NCBI RefSeq assembly: GCF_964194025.1
Contig: NW_027450442.1
Coordinates: forward strand, 1 to 64,000
From: Convolutriloba macropyga
Taxonomy: Eukaryota
Reading direction: 5' to 3'
DNA length: 64,000 bases
In this document: positions 46,939-61,900 of the stretch, in pieces
Layout: every line of letters starts with the position of its first letter
Numbering within the stretch: the first letter of the stretch is position 1
Made by a program: the position numbers and the translations under genes
Notes under the pieces: generated by a model
What the model saw: only the letters and a program-made list of their open reading frames with translations
Database searches by the model: none
Told to the model about the DNA's origin: nothing

Positions 46939-49900
46939 CTACAAAAACAACAAGTACATCAGTAGACGAAACTTAAAAAAGCATCAACACGTTCATGTGT
47001 TCAAGATATGCAGATCGACGTTTAATTTCGCCATAACCCACTAAACAAATTTTTAAGATTAAATGTTGGAATTAAGTCAGCTGTACGTCAGGTCTGCATG
47101 GGAATTTCACGGTGAAATTTTATGAACTTTTCAAACTGTTCTTTCCAAAGACAGCTTTTGATCGCCATTAGCTTAAGAGGCGTTTTTGCATTCAGTTTCC
47201 AGTTTTTTACAATATTCTTATGGTGATAAATTTTGTATTCTGTATAAATTTTGCATATTTTGATTAAATCTCGTTAAAACTGAAAAAGTACAGGCGGGAA
47301 TCTCATTTCCTAAACTGTGTAACCCTTTTTCTTGTGTTTTAAACGTACTGAATGAGAGGTAGAGTGAAAACTAGTCATTACGGATTAAATTTTTGAAATA
47401 CAACCTATTTATGACATTTATTGAAAGCTCTTCTAAAATCCCCACTTAAAATTACTTTTCGCTTGTAGTAGTTTTGTCAAGTAATTTCGATCCTTGCATT
47501 TACATTGGATGGGGGGAGGGAGGTAGGGGGGGGGGGGGGGTATTTTGCAGAAACCAACAACGTCCCATACCAAGATCTGATCTTAATCCAGCTTTGATAA
47601 CCAACACTCCCTGTTTGTTTACCTGTGTTGTCCCTGTGTACACATGGTGTATTGTGGCTGCTGATGTGCTGGACAGGAGAGTTCATCCTCCCCTCGTGAA
47701 CACTCTCGCACACTGTTACATCTGCTCCTCCTGGGCATACACTCCCCATCCCAACAGCGGAAGTCACACTCCACTACTCCCTCGTTGGGGGGAGGTTGGG
47801 GCAGGGGGAACATGGACCCGTCGTCGCACTATTATAAAAAAAGTGCTCAATCTCGACACAAAAGGTGACCGCGCTCGACCGCGCTTTAGTCGTGCTAGAC
47901 CACTGGATCAATAATTGCACCCCCCCCCCCACTAGAATTATGAGTCTTTTCATGTCTTTTCATACAAGTTGAGGTCCCTACTTCCCGTGACCATGAAATT
48001 CTTCACCATTTTTGAGCAGAGTCTGCTTTTATTTGTCCAAAAGCAAGATTGCAGCTAAAACGTGCCAATTCGTAAGTTTTCAATTTACGCTAGTGAATAA
48101 TGACATGGATTATTTTTGTCTTAATCGCTGCAATCCCAAATGAGAAAAATTAAGCTGAAAAATTTTCCGAGACTGACTTAAAAGCGAGAAACACATTCAC
48201 TGTTTGGAAAATTGCGGTTTATTGAGTTTGTATCTGTTATTGTACTGCGCCAAGATTTAAAACTTGGACTGTTTTCCTACGTTGAGTTCGTCGTCTCCCC
48301 CGGGACAGTCTGGCCACTGGTCGCACTGGTAGCTGCCTGGCACACACTGTCCGTCCTGCTGGCACTGGTACTCACTCAGCCCACACCTGTTCCCACCACT
48401 TCCACTACCACCACACTGCTGTTCGTCACTCCTGTCTGCACAGTCGGGGAAGCCATTGCACAGCTTGAGAATGCAACAAGAATGAAGTTCACTAGAGATA
48501 TTTAATTCAGCATGGCGGCAATCCCACACTCAAATTGGACTTCGAATTCAACCAATTCTTATCTCACAAAGAATAAATCGAGAAACGTCTACCCAGGTAT
48601 AGGTACAGAATTATGAAAAGACCATACTCTACTCATTTGAGCTATGAAAAGATCTTAGCTGGACTTTAGACATTCTGGACTTAGCTCGACTCACATTCTC
48701 AAAAAACTTTAGCTGGAACCATAATTTTACAAAAGACTTTGGCTCGATCCAAAATTTGGGCTGGACTTACGCTCGACACAATGTTTGCAAACAAAGTCGA
48801 GTAAAAAGTCTTTTCATAAGTCTGATTTTTGCATTAAAATTTTACGTGCTATATTGCTTATAGCGTAGTCAGCATGTATATTCCTTCATCTTTTACGGTT
48901 CAGAAGAACCACAGATAGACTTCCACCGAATGGTTGTACAAAAATTGCTGCAATATCTTAGGAGTTGACAAAATTTTCGTCTTTTGGCTGATTTCCGACT
49001 GTTTTTTAGTTGAACTGCTCTGGTGTATAGCTATTTAGTCTTGCTCTGGTTCTGCTTCTGTATGTACTGATGAAAAATAAACTTTTCGAATTCTGAAAAA
49101 ATAGACTTCTGAAAAGACTAATGTTGCACCCATGAAAAGACTTTAGCTGGACTTCCTTCGTTAAGAAGACATAAGTTCGACCCATGAAAAGATATTGGGT
49201 CGACTTTAACTAGGAAGCTGGACAGTGTAACGATGGTCAATATTGCCCCCGCTACTAGACTTTTATAAGTCTTTTCATAAGTCGAGGCCTAGACCTAGGT
49301 AGTTTTCGTATTCTTGTTCAAGGTGAGTTCATGCTCTTTTTACTGCTAAAATCAATACAATTAGGTTCGCAGTGATTATCATTGTTTATTCGAGTTTGAC
49401 CAAAGCAAATCACAAATTCCTGTAATCAAATCTTTGCTCGCAGTTCTCGATGTTCATGCCGTTCAAGTTCCCAGTTACTATAAACCTGATACTTGATCAG
49501 TTACTATTGATCTCCTCCCCCTTTGAATGAGACTAATATTTGTTTACTTTCATTACCATTGCAGACGTCTCCCGGTACCAAATGTTGCGATAAATTTACT
49601 CAATTTTGTAACCACATTTCACTTTTTCTACTTTATTACTTATACGTGTAAAACGAATTTCCAAAACTTAAGGATGAAAAGTTGGTGCTCTATATGGAAC
49701 TTCCAGTCAGTGTTCTTCACTTTTAAACTCGAAGCTGAAAAGTTGATTCGACTTTCCGCAAAATACATGCCGAAGCCCAATCCACAAAAACTGCCGTAAT
49801 TAGATTTAAATTCATTTGGGAACGCATATTGCGTTTTCAAGGACTGGAAGAAATTATCACTTTTAAAAGGCACTGAATTTGTTTTGACTGAATTGCCTCG

Positions 49901-52900
49901 AAACATTGATTTACAAATAAAATTGCAGAAAAAGAAGCAATATTCACAAAAAATGAAGGCTTCAGATAAGTCAGACAGACGAGAGAACAAACACACGGAC
50001 CATAAATTGTGCGGGAGACTAATTGCAGTATAATCGCGAGTTTTAATCAATTTTGAGAAGTGTCTTAGTCCTATGTGCCGCCTGTTTAGGAAATGTTTGT
50101 GCAAAAGTTTAGTGCACTTATCCTGGATTTGAAAGTCATTTCGGAAAGTAGGTAATTGTGGAAAACACGTCCATTATGGTACTTGAATCAGTGTACTAGA
50201 GTCCTAAATATAGTATTTCATACTCTTTGCGAAAAATACTTTAAAAATTTGGTGGGCTTATCTAAATTATCCAAATTCGATTCACTTCAAAAAGGGTTAA
50301 AAATTTTGTGGAATGCCCTTACCGCTGAATCTAACTCTTAATCACATTTCTTTCCATTCTTTCCATTATTTTCCATTTAAGCTACTTACTTTCCGTGTTG
50401 ACACTTGATTTAGGCGCTTTTCACATTGGGCGTCAGAAGACGACGGGAAGTTCAAGCCACATTTTTGAACTAGTTTTTTGTTTTGTCGAAGCTTGTAATA
50501 TTTAGGTGTTATTGATATGAATTTTGAACCATGTTCTCTGCTTTGGATAACTATTTCAGCTGCTGAATTTGCATATGATTATGTGACCAGGTTCTTTTGT
50601 GTTTGTATGTGGCAATATCCTCTCTGGGTAGGGGGTCGACTTTTCAAATTTTTCAAGTTTTTCGAAAACCTTTTTTAGATTACCACCAATTCTTTGGTTT
50701 CCACGCACCATTTTTCCTTGATTTTCTTGTTTTAATTTATGCATTATTTATGCATTATTATTTATGCATTACAATTGCATACCAATAATGAGCGACAATG
50801 TCGATAGGAGAACATACCTTGTTAGTGTTGACACACGTGGTGCCCTGGTCACAACTGTGTCTGGGAGGATTGCATGTGTTTTGGTGTGAGTTTGAGTTGT
50901 AGCAACTCTCTTCATCTCTCCCGTTAGAACACTCCAACATTCCATTGCACACTGCTGTTTGGAACACACATTGCCACCTACACAAAACATAAAAATCACG
51001 AGTTACAGTCAACATTAGGTACCTCCAGGGGATGCATGATAAGGGGGGGGGGGGGGGCTCTTCCTACGTTGAAAAATCGGAGCTCAAAAAAATTTGAAAA
51101 ATTGGATCTTGACTGATCGTGCTAATCATTTCTTTGTATGGTCACATTCGCAGCTTCTGATTTCACTACGGCGAATCCATAAGGATTGAACTCTAAATAG
51201 CCATGCTTTTTTGAAGGGGGCACGGCCAAGTTGCCAACTCACAGTCATGGTGTGCTGGTCCTATCTATATATTTATCTATCTACTTATTCAATTATTTGT
51301 TCATAATTCAAAAATGATCTTTTTCTGTTTATTCGTTTGTTACCTTCACTACCTGCATGATGTATTTTATATTTCATTTCAGGAATTAACGAGTCTTTTT
51401 TCCTCACTTGGTGAATTTTCCTCACGATCAATCACACAGTAATTGAAGTAATATTAAAAAAAGTTTGATAGTTATGATTGTTGACCTGCTGCATCTGAAC
51501 TCGTAACTCTGGCACTGTCTCGTTTGAGCGTAAGGAGGCACGGCCAAGTTGCCCACACACAGTCTCGAACTCTCGTCCTCTCCCAGCAAACAGTCCTATC
51601 ACATTAAATCAAATTAATTCAACATCAAATTAATTCCACATCAAATTAATTCCACATCAAATTAATTCCACATCAAATTAATTCCACATCAAATTAATTC
51701 AACATCAAATGAATTCAACATCAAATTAATTCAACATCAAATTAATTCCACATCAAATTAATTCAACATCAAATTAATTCAACATCAAATTAATTCCACA
51801 TCAAATTACATCAACATCAAATTAATTCCACATCAAATTAATGAGAGTTCAAGCTTGCTACATTGTCTTAACTCTAAATTTGGGACAGAATGCACAAACA
51901 AACAATCTGTCGCTGTAAATTTCGGTCATTATTGATACTTTATCCTAGTTTTGGACCTAGATCATTCTCGTGTTCTCAGGTATAGAGGATTATTAATAGC
52001 TATTTCAGGCTAAATTTGGGAGTCAATCAGTGATAGTTGTTGAGACCTGTACTGATCAATTATGAACTTTATTTGCGCTTTTGTGATGCGTGATATGAAA
52101 TATCCCCCCGGATGTTTTTTTGGTACTACTATATAATGGGCGGTTATATTGTACGTATGATTAATGTACTTAGCATGTGCTCCTAATAACAGTTGAATAA
52201 TTTGTAATTCCTCGCATAATTTAGATAATGTTGTACCTCGTATCCGTCGCATCTTCTAGAGAGTGGAATGCACTTGAGTTCACTCTCACAGCCATATTCC
52301 TCTGGAAGACACTTGAAATCCACCTGTCCACCTGGGTTGCTTCCACCACACCCTGTCTCATCCGACCCATCCAGACAGTCCTTGGCACCATTGCACCTGC
52401 AACACCACCAAATTTTTGTTACCAATTTTTAGAGTTGGATCTTTGTATATTAACATGCATTCATTAACAACTAAATAAAGGTTTATTACACTGTATTCCA
52501 ACAGTATTGGCCACTGCAATCGTCTGCTGGTATCGAATTTATTAAGTTGCCAGAATCTCATATGGCTGGTTTCCACTTTGGTGTTTTTAATACATCGTAA
52601 TTGAACTATACGTACTTACAATTAATAGTTTAAATTGGTCTTAAGTCTCAGTCTCTGTCTTCTAAAGTTTTCCACTTTATTCCAGTATTCCAGTACTGGT
52701 AGACTCTGGGAGTGTCATTCGCAGTACTTACAACTATTTTTCCCGAAAACTTTTTTGTTTCCATAAAGCTTGTAAAAATAAATAAACAATGCCAACCATT
52801 CGTTTGTTATCCGATTGAAAATATCATAGCAAGCTTCGCAGCTTTGCATTTCTGGTTTTAGTCCGCTATGAGAAAATTTCTACAGCCTGTTGTACATATC

Positions 52901-55900
52901 CTATTCTATTTTTTGGTCAGTCCAATTCTGTTAAATTTTGTTCATGTTTAACTCAGTGAGTGAAAGTAATGTGTATATGGGCTTACAGGGCCAGGGGAGG
53001 GGTGACACAATTGAGTTTTAGAAATTATGTGTCTCCCCTCCCCTGGCCCTGTAAGCCCATATACACATTACTAGTGAAAGGTTTTCCTTATGACTGCTGA
53101 ACAAAGAATGAGATCACATTGTGTTCACTCCACCCACCTCTTAGTAGCCTGAATACACTGTCGTCCATTATAGCACGCCCACTCATTCTGGTAACAGTTT
53201 CCTGGCGAGGGAGGTTGAGGCTGAGGGTTGACTCCTCCACCACCTCCAGATGGACAGTTGAACTCATCCGATCCATCCGGACACTCTGGCACTCCATTGC
53301 AGTAAGCACCCGGGGCAGCACACGCTCCATTGAGACACTCGAATTCCAGAAGGGTGCAGCTGAACACAAACGACTGATATTTTTTTGGTTTTACTTTCTG
53401 GTTAATATTTATAAATCATAACTTGGTTTCCTGAATGTACTAATAAGTTAGCATGTGTTATAATGCACAGGTGGTAGCTAATTAAGTGGGGGCCATACTC
53501 TGTGTCTGATCAAAACTTAGACATCAAATCTGATCAAGTTTCATTGAATTTGGTCACGTCAGCGGGTTAACTACGGACAAATTCAACGGATAAGCTTCTT
53601 GATTCAAATAGAACTCGAGGCTTGTTCTATGAAAGCAAAAAACTTCTAATCCATTGGTTTACTTTCTCAGAGTCACAGCAGGCTGTAATACTTTCCGAAG
53701 GTAACTTGAATTTTGTCAACAAAAACACTTTTCGATTTGAATACAACGACTGAAATGTCCGAGAACAACATACGTACCCGCAATTAGCCTCGTCACTTCC
53801 GTCTCCGCATTGACTGATTCCATCACAGAGTGTAGCCATGGGAACACACCCCCCATTGGCACAGGTGAACTCCACCCCCTGCACACACCCACACCCTGAC
53901 TCATCGGACCCGTCCTCGCAGTCGGCAACTCCATTGCATCGAAGATATTTCCCTAAAAACCGCCACCTTTTCAACGATCAGGCTAGCAGCTTAAAATTGT
54001 ACTGATAGAGCTCAATGATCGAATGATCGAATGGTAGTCTTCGAAAGCCTGTGAACTTCTGCCACCAAACTAGCACGCATTCTCAAAGCGTTCTTTAAAG
54101 GCACCAGTTTTTGATTTATATTTTTCTAACTGCATGCCTATAAGTTTTCATTATTCTTTAGGCGTCATGTAATCAAGTTTTTAATTCTAAGATTAGTGAA
54201 ATCAGACAACGCTGACCCAGATGCAGACTTGCGGATGAAACAAAGTTCCTGGGTGAAACTAAGCTTGAAAGATCTGGGCAAAACATAAACTAGGCATTTT
54301 TGCACTGAGACGTTATCGGGGCGAGAGAGGAACATGTTGAAATGATCGAAACTTGAAGTTGGCCACAAACTTGAAGCCGATTTGAAGTTGTGCACATTTG
54401 ATTTTTAGTATTCAATACTGGTCTTCGCGTTCGCGTGAGACTAAAATATTTTTCTCGAGCTAGTTGTGGATGCTTTGACTAATGGATCTCATGTTGTACG
54501 CACCAACATCCGCATGGACTCAACACGGCCCTGCAATCAGTTACGAACTACCTGTGAACTTCCGATAACTATGCCATAGCTTGTTCAGGCAATGGTCCAA
54601 GAGCCAAATTACATTGCATTGTCGTATCGGACATAGTAGTATAAACAGTAGTTCAGGCTTTAGGGTTTTTCCAGGTGTGCCTCGAGGCACCCTTGTTTTC
54701 GTTTCCAACTTCTATTTGATTCTCTTTGGTGCGTTGCACGGCTCAAATTTACAGCATACTTCACTTGCATTTGTTGTTCAGTCCTATTTTGTATGAAAGA
54801 AATTCCAGTAGATTTATAAAATTCCAGTACATGTCCCGTCATCGCAGTAACAACAATAAGCCTTTAACACCTTCGCAGCTTATTGCAGTGCTTGCAGAGT
54901 ATCAGGAGCGCATAGGAGCTATAGTGTATTGCCCCAGAGAGGGAATTCTTGACATTTACTATCAGCTCAAGCTTAGTACTTTAGTTACCGTCAATATAGT
55001 GAAAGACTGTGTCTAGACAGAAGGAGCCCAGTGTAAAGCGTTAAATCAGAAGCCGGCGCTTGACCTGAAAACCCACTAGTGTTGTTAGCACACAACCTGT
55101 GGTCTTCGATAGCACTAATGACCCAAAAAACTTTCAAAGCGCCGTCCTAAAACGCTTTGCACCCGTCATGCGTTCGAGGAGGCGGAACTCGTCCAAGCCA
55201 TTGATATCCTAAATGATACTTAGTCTTCTGTTGTTGGGGTATACCCGCTGACTGGTGGTGTGAATTAGTTTACTCACGAGTTTCGGGTTATTTTGTGGTT
55301 GGTTGTCTCCAATAGCGCTTCAAGATATTTCGCTCCCCTGAAAATTTTTTTGAGTTAATCACTACCGTTTGTTTTCCGCAGGTTATCTGGCTCGTTTTTT
55401 TGCTTCCGTCTTTTTGTTTTCGTTTCGCCGTGTTTTTTTTCTGTTCACAGTTTATCTGTTGTATTATGTAATATGTCGTTTTTAATGTAAAATTTTTCTG
55501 CTAGTATGCTGGTTGGTTGTTTAGTCTCGTTGCTTGCTAGGGCCCAACTCGAGTTCGTTCTAGAGGTATGGCTGGTTCATTTAATGGCGTTCACCACACT
55601 AGTTGGCTAGCAATTCGTTGTATCTTGGTTAATTTTGGTAGTATGTGCTTTTGTTTTCTGGGTATTGTGGCTTGCTAGAGTGTAATTTGTTTTCTAGATT
55701 TACGGCTAGTAAATTTTCTGACCTTTTCGACTTTTTGTTATACTATTTCGTTGCCGTAAATTGTTTTGATAACGGTAGATAAAGCCCGTAATGACTTGTG
55801 CTAATTTGCTTGGCAGTAGTTTCTCTTTTTGGGGTGTGACAAGTTTGTTCTGGAGTTAGGAATAGTTTCTTTGGGTGTTTGTCGCTGTGGTCTGCTAGCA

Positions 55901-58900
55901 TTGCTCTCCTCACCTCTTCGCTCGAGGCTCACCATCTCCCGCAAGTACTATCCCTGCTTTCCTTTGTCGCGCACTACCCATCAAACGTTTCCGTTCCGTC
56001 CAGATGGTTCCTGGTCTTATCGTGTGTAGTTCACCCGACGTTTCGGTCCCACTCAGTGCCGTTTTGCCGCTTTGTCGCACGCCCATCGCCCGACGTTTCC
56101 GACCCGCACGTACCGTACAGTTCTCATGCTGTCACGCGCTGTTTATCCGACGTTCCCGCTCGTCCGTCCGGTTTCCGGTTGCGCCGTGCGTTTCTCGTTT
56201 GGCGTCTCTTCGTCCTTGCCGTCTCCCGTTCTTTCCCGTGTTGCTTTTTGTGCTCACCGCTTATTCATTCGCCGGGTACTACTGTACTCAAAAATCTCTG
56301 CTCTTTGGCAATTCGCTAGGCAAACCGTCATATTAGGGTTCGAGTTAACCCGTTTGTGTTTTGAGTATGCTCCCTTCTATTGATGAATTAAACTTCTGTT
56401 TCCTGTGTTGATATGGCAACATTGCAGGACAAATTCACCAAAGTTTATACACTGCTAGGGCAAAAATAGAGGCTGAAGTTAATAACTTTTATAATGCAAT
56501 TAACAGAGCTATGGATAAGCAAGACAGGAAACTTGATATCGAACGTCTATTCAGGATCACTATTGTGAAATGCAAAGATGCTTTTACTATAGTTGATGAG
56601 AATGAAAGATCCAGATGCTGCTTGTAAGAACCTTGACAAATGGTTACCGGCTAACTAAGAAAACTGACGAGTTCATTGCTGCTTCTCGAGGGTACATCAA
56701 TTCAGTCCAAGACAGACAGCAGAGTAATATACCTCTCACCATTCAATATCAAGTTCACACATGACTTCCTCAAAAAGATCAAGTCAGCGTCTACAAGACT
56801 TAGAAATAAGACTTAAAAGGGAGGAACTTGAAACATGAGGCAGAGCTGCGCATTGCTAGACAACGTCATGAAATTGAAACAAACGCAATTTCAACAATTG
56901 GAAATACAGCAGCTTGAGGAACATCGCCAGCAAGTAGCTAATGCAGCCCTTAAGGAAATTGAGTTGATGACAACATCAGACGGGTCTAGTACAGTCAAAA
57001 CAAGAGAGCTCTTTAATGAAGGAAGGTCAGTCAAGAGCAAGAAATTTCAAGATTGCTTCAATTCTACACCGACCCAGACTGCATTTTTCTGGTTCCATCG
57101 CCAAATCCAGCCAAGCAGTTGTCCCGTATTCCTGAATTCAAGCTCTAAACTCACACTAATCTCAATACACATGATCAAGTTCAGGCTAACATAAACCTCC
57201 CTGTTCCTGAGCCGCACGAACCAAGTAGTAGAACCAATGTAACCAATAATGCATATACTGCAATCATGCAAGAGCAGCAACAGCCTGAAATTGCGCATCC
57301 ATCACCACCAATAAACTTTGATATGCAAACAACTAACGCCCCAAACACAGCCCGACAACTGTCTCAAGCAACAATGCACTTTGATGGTTTACAGATTAAT
57401 TCTCTCGCAGGTTGAGCATGCTGGGACAGTTGAATTTAGTCAGCTCTTTGCTTTCACCAGCTTGAATGCACTCGCTAATGCTCCGATAGCACCTATCCGC
57501 CACAAGCGCACAAATAAACCTGCCCTCCCATCCCGTTTTAACTCCGTATCAGCGCAATTCCCGTTAATTCCGCCAGCATTTTGGTTTGCTCGTTGCCGCT
57601 ACAAGCATTCCCACTACACACCAATAACCCCGTGGCGAATAATGTCAATCCGTTACCTCTTTTTCCGCCTGCACAATTCATTTCCTCCGCAAATGTTTTT
57701 GTACCACAGTTAATTCATCCACCGCCCCCACAAAAGAGATACCAGTCAAATTTTTGTCCCCATAAACCACTCAGCGCCTGCTCTTTCTGGCAGCAGTCTT
57801 TTCTAACGCAGTACCACTTGTAGGAACATCTGTTAATTTTAAACACCTGTACAACTGGCCCCGTTACGTAGCCCTTAACCTCTCCTCTTATTGCTCCGCT
57901 CCTCTTTTCATGTGAAAACAACAACAAGGTCACAAACTCTTAACAGCAGACTTCATGCAACCGAAACCAGTAAGTTCTTCCACAGGTACCACCCCCACGT
58001 TTGTTACTCCGATCATTCCAAAGTATGGAGCTATCGTTCCGAACCCTTAGTGTTGGGGTGGCCACCGCATCCCTCACCTTCAGCTCTTGACGGATTTGAG
58101 AAAACATTTGTTAGAAGAACGATCCATTACCCAAGTGGAAGATGTCACAGTACAATGGTGATCCCCTGCAGTGGCATGGATGGTTCTGACAACTTAAAAG
58201 CGCCATAGACTCAGTCCTTGACTGATGATGTCAAATAATCGTACTTAAAAACTAACTGGAGAAACTAAAGCCGCCCTCGCTGAGTTCGCATAGTGTGTTG
58301 TAATGCATAAGCACGCACTTAAGACGTTCGAAAGTAAAATTGTCCAATCCCAGGCAGTAGTCAGTTCACACTTAGACCCACTCAGCTCTTTTCCACCACT
58401 AAAGATGCACAATAGTGATATCAAACTATAATGCCTTGCTCTGAAACGGCAGTGCAAAAATTGGCAACCATTGTGAAAGAGACTTGGTCACTTTCTACGG
58501 TCCAAATGCATTGGATAAAACCGACACTCAATGACTGGTTGAGGCAAAAAGCCGAGACTTAAGGAAACAATCAAAGGCAAAAACTGCGCACTCAGAGACA
58601 AACCTCAACATCGGCAATGCCTCCAACCCCTCGCTACAATGTGTGTAAAAGTAACCATTGCATCTGAGTGTCGAGTATTTAATGAAGAGTCTCCCACTCA
58701 GTGAGCAAAGGTAGTGGCGGAAGCAAAACTGTGCTATTTGAGAGAAAATCATATGTTTAGGCTATTGCCAAATCCTATGAAATGCAGGAAGGATGGATGC
58801 AACAGCTCCCACAAAACAATTCTCCAGGGAGCTGAGAGGGTTTAACCATCAAAGTCCCCTTCAACCAACAATAATTAATCTAACGCTGGCGCAAGTCAAC

Positions 58901-61900
58901 TTAAACCTTCTAATGTCGATACCACGGCTTTGAATTAAAATTGAAGAGCTCTTCTGGTAAAGATACCACGTCTTTAGGTTTGTGCGATACCACTTGCAGT
59001 TACTCTTGCGTGTCCAATAATCTTGCAAGTAGTCTTGTTTGCACTGTACAGCATTGAAACTAAAGTCAAGGGTATAAATACCGAGGTTGTAGACAAAATA
59101 GTTGGACTAACACCACGCGACAACCAAGCATTTAAAACATTCAAAGTCTGTTTACGTGTAAGAAAATTTGAACGTAGGCGCCAATGTGATCAACTTTAAA
59201 GCTTTTCAAGAAACATACCAGCACCTAGCATTTTTAGACCCAGTTACGTTGCTATGAAAACTTCGAGATGATACTTGAACAGGATGTGTATCATGCCATC
59301 CACCCGTTAGAGTATTTCGCTGCCGACGAGATGTGCCGGCCTTTCGCTGTTCGCTTGCCCACAGGTTGGTTCTAAGTCGCCCTCAACCGTCCTCTTTAGG
59401 TTTAGTCTCGACTTGTTTTAAAGCAAATATGGAGCAGGAATTTGATTTCGCTATTCAGGTAAAATAGGAAATTTTGTCTTTGTTTCTATTGAAGATGAGC
59501 TGCCGAGTGCTATTGCCAATTTTGAGGGACAAGTTGTATGTTTGCTAACATGTTCACCAAGGTCTGCAGCTAATTATGAAGCAGAACTTCATAAATTCAG
59601 CTTTGTATTCTCATGGAATACGATGCAAAGCGTAGCCCTGAATTCTTTGTAGCCATAAAACCTGGCAGGCAAGATACAGCTTTTATCTGCTTGAATAGAA
59701 AAACAGAAACAAACAGTATGTGGTTCCGTAGATGGGAAAGGTGTGCAGTTCGCTGTGTTCATACGTTGTCAAAAAGCAACTGTTTCCGCTTGAATCCGGA
59801 CAAAACAAATTTCAGTGTCCTGATCATAATTTTTTCCTGTCTGTAGACTTCCAAGGAAGGTAGACATCAAAGGAAAGGAAGTGGCAACAACGCAAGTTGA
59901 ACTGGAGATGTCCGGAGAAAAACTGTCCATTCTCCTTGTGCCAGAACCATCTGAGCAGTTGCGGACAACTGACAACGATTTCTGTTACCAGCTGCACAAA
60001 AATCTGAATAAAAACTGAAAACTAGAGGATAGTCCTGACGGTGATTCAGATGATTTAGAGGATTCCAATGACATGCAGTGTGAAAATTCAATTGCAAATG
60101 AATTTCTGTTTGAGCCACCAATGCCTACGACCGATATTTTATCAAGCCATGCTGATACAAATTTCGGGGTTATGGCATCTCCAGTTGAGGTGTCAAATCT
60201 TTCAGACAATATAAAGTCATTCCGATTCAAGCACATTTAAACAGCTTTCTGTTCGGTCTGAACAGACCCAGAAATCCTGTCAAACCGTTTCAAACATTTC
60301 CTCCAGACGCTTACATCAAAATTTCCAAAGTGCTCTGTCTCTTTATTACAATCAAAAGCTTTGCTTTTTCCCACTATTTTTATCAGATGTAAGACGGTTT
60401 TTTCCCTGGTGCACTGCCAAACTTCTTGCACACTCTCACCGCAAATTGTATCCAATTGGGATTGATGATTTAATTCAACATTTTGTTGTTACTCGCATTA
60501 CAGGCATTTCTTTGCTGACATCAACAATTCCTTACATTCAGTACGCAGTGGACTGACTGATAGACTGTTCACTTGTGAGGCAGCATTCAATCCTTTTTTC
60601 GGAAAGGCGTTCAGTCGTTGGAGTTGCGGGGTAGAGAGTCATCCATGTTCTATAGGAGTGTAATTGTTCAATTAAAGGATTCAGAGCGATGTGTAAAGGA
60701 GCTTTCAGCAGCAGTTGCAACAGAGCCACCAACGCCTTTTTTACTCTTAACTTGTAATCAGAAGTGTTTCCCAGGTATGAGTTCGTTAAAATCGCAGTTA
60801 AATAACAAGTATGAGGGTTGCACCTATGAGGTACGCAGAGCATCGGTTGATAGCGTGATGACAACAGCAGTTCGTTCGAGCATGGAGCAACTGCGTTGGG
60901 TTCATGGATCATCTAAAAAGTAAGCTCAATCTAGGAAAAGTAGTCAAGTGGTCAAAATTTGGGTCAGGGCTGAATTCTAAACAACCGTTGGGAACTTGCC
61001 ACATTGCCACATACTACTGTGGTCTGAGATAACAGAAACTGATTTAGAGGATATTATCCAATGCGCGCATAAACATACGTTATGCCCTAATAGTGTAATG
61101 AAATCATAAGTGAGGTTGATTAAAGATCAAGGGCATCTTGACGAGCTAGGGCATCAAGGTCATCACACGCACAGATGTGAGATGTCAAACTATCACTGTC
61201 TGAATTAAGGACGGAACGAGGACAGGAATACCACCGTACCCTGTCAACAACTGTCATTGGAAACTGCCAATCCAAGTTATCAATCCAAGGTAATTCACCA
61301 GCGTGAATTACCTTTTTAGTGAAGACAAAAAATGTGATCGCAAAGTAGAGAAAGATGAGTGCTCACTGCTTGCAATAATGTGGCGTTCATTGATATGTAA
61401 GCTGCCTTATGTATCATAAATTTTTTGTTTTTCCATGTACAAAATGTGCCTAGAGAAGAACGGTTTGTGGCCTCAAAGGGAAAATAACGCAGTCTTTCAA
61501 AAAGCTGTCCATTTGAGACGGCAACTTTTTCCACAGTACAGTTTGCATTCATTAATAGAATCACAAAATGCTATCATTGAAAACTCTGTACATAATCAAG
61601 AATTTTGTACAAAGTTACTGTGTTTGGACTTCGGTCAGAGTTATTATGCGCAGACTATCGAAATGTATTTCCGATGTTTCTCAATTGAGTCCAACTGCAC
61701 TGCACCGCTATTAGGTCAGATATTGACCTCACTGAACAAACACGCACAGCACATGTTACAGAATGCGACCCTGAGTTCGATTACAATTGCTCTCGAACAG
61801 GTGGCATGGAGTTGATTAAAATGCTTATGTCTACAAATAGAATGTACCCTGCACGCACAGAATCTGTAAAGCTAAAACTTTGCAGACATTTACAAACATA

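Noticed and set aside
49527-50104. Intronic ORFs of 90 and 154 aa
   Set aside because: No recognisable motif, and the LDLa gene splices in phase without them.
51608-51842. CRISPR-like array
   Set aside because: Contiguous 16-bp units with no unique spacers, no cas genes, and located in a eukaryotic intron.
55829-56383. Overlapping ORFs in a GC-rich, pyrimidine-rich stretch
   Set aside because: Open in several frames because of composition; no domain; lies in the putative LTR.
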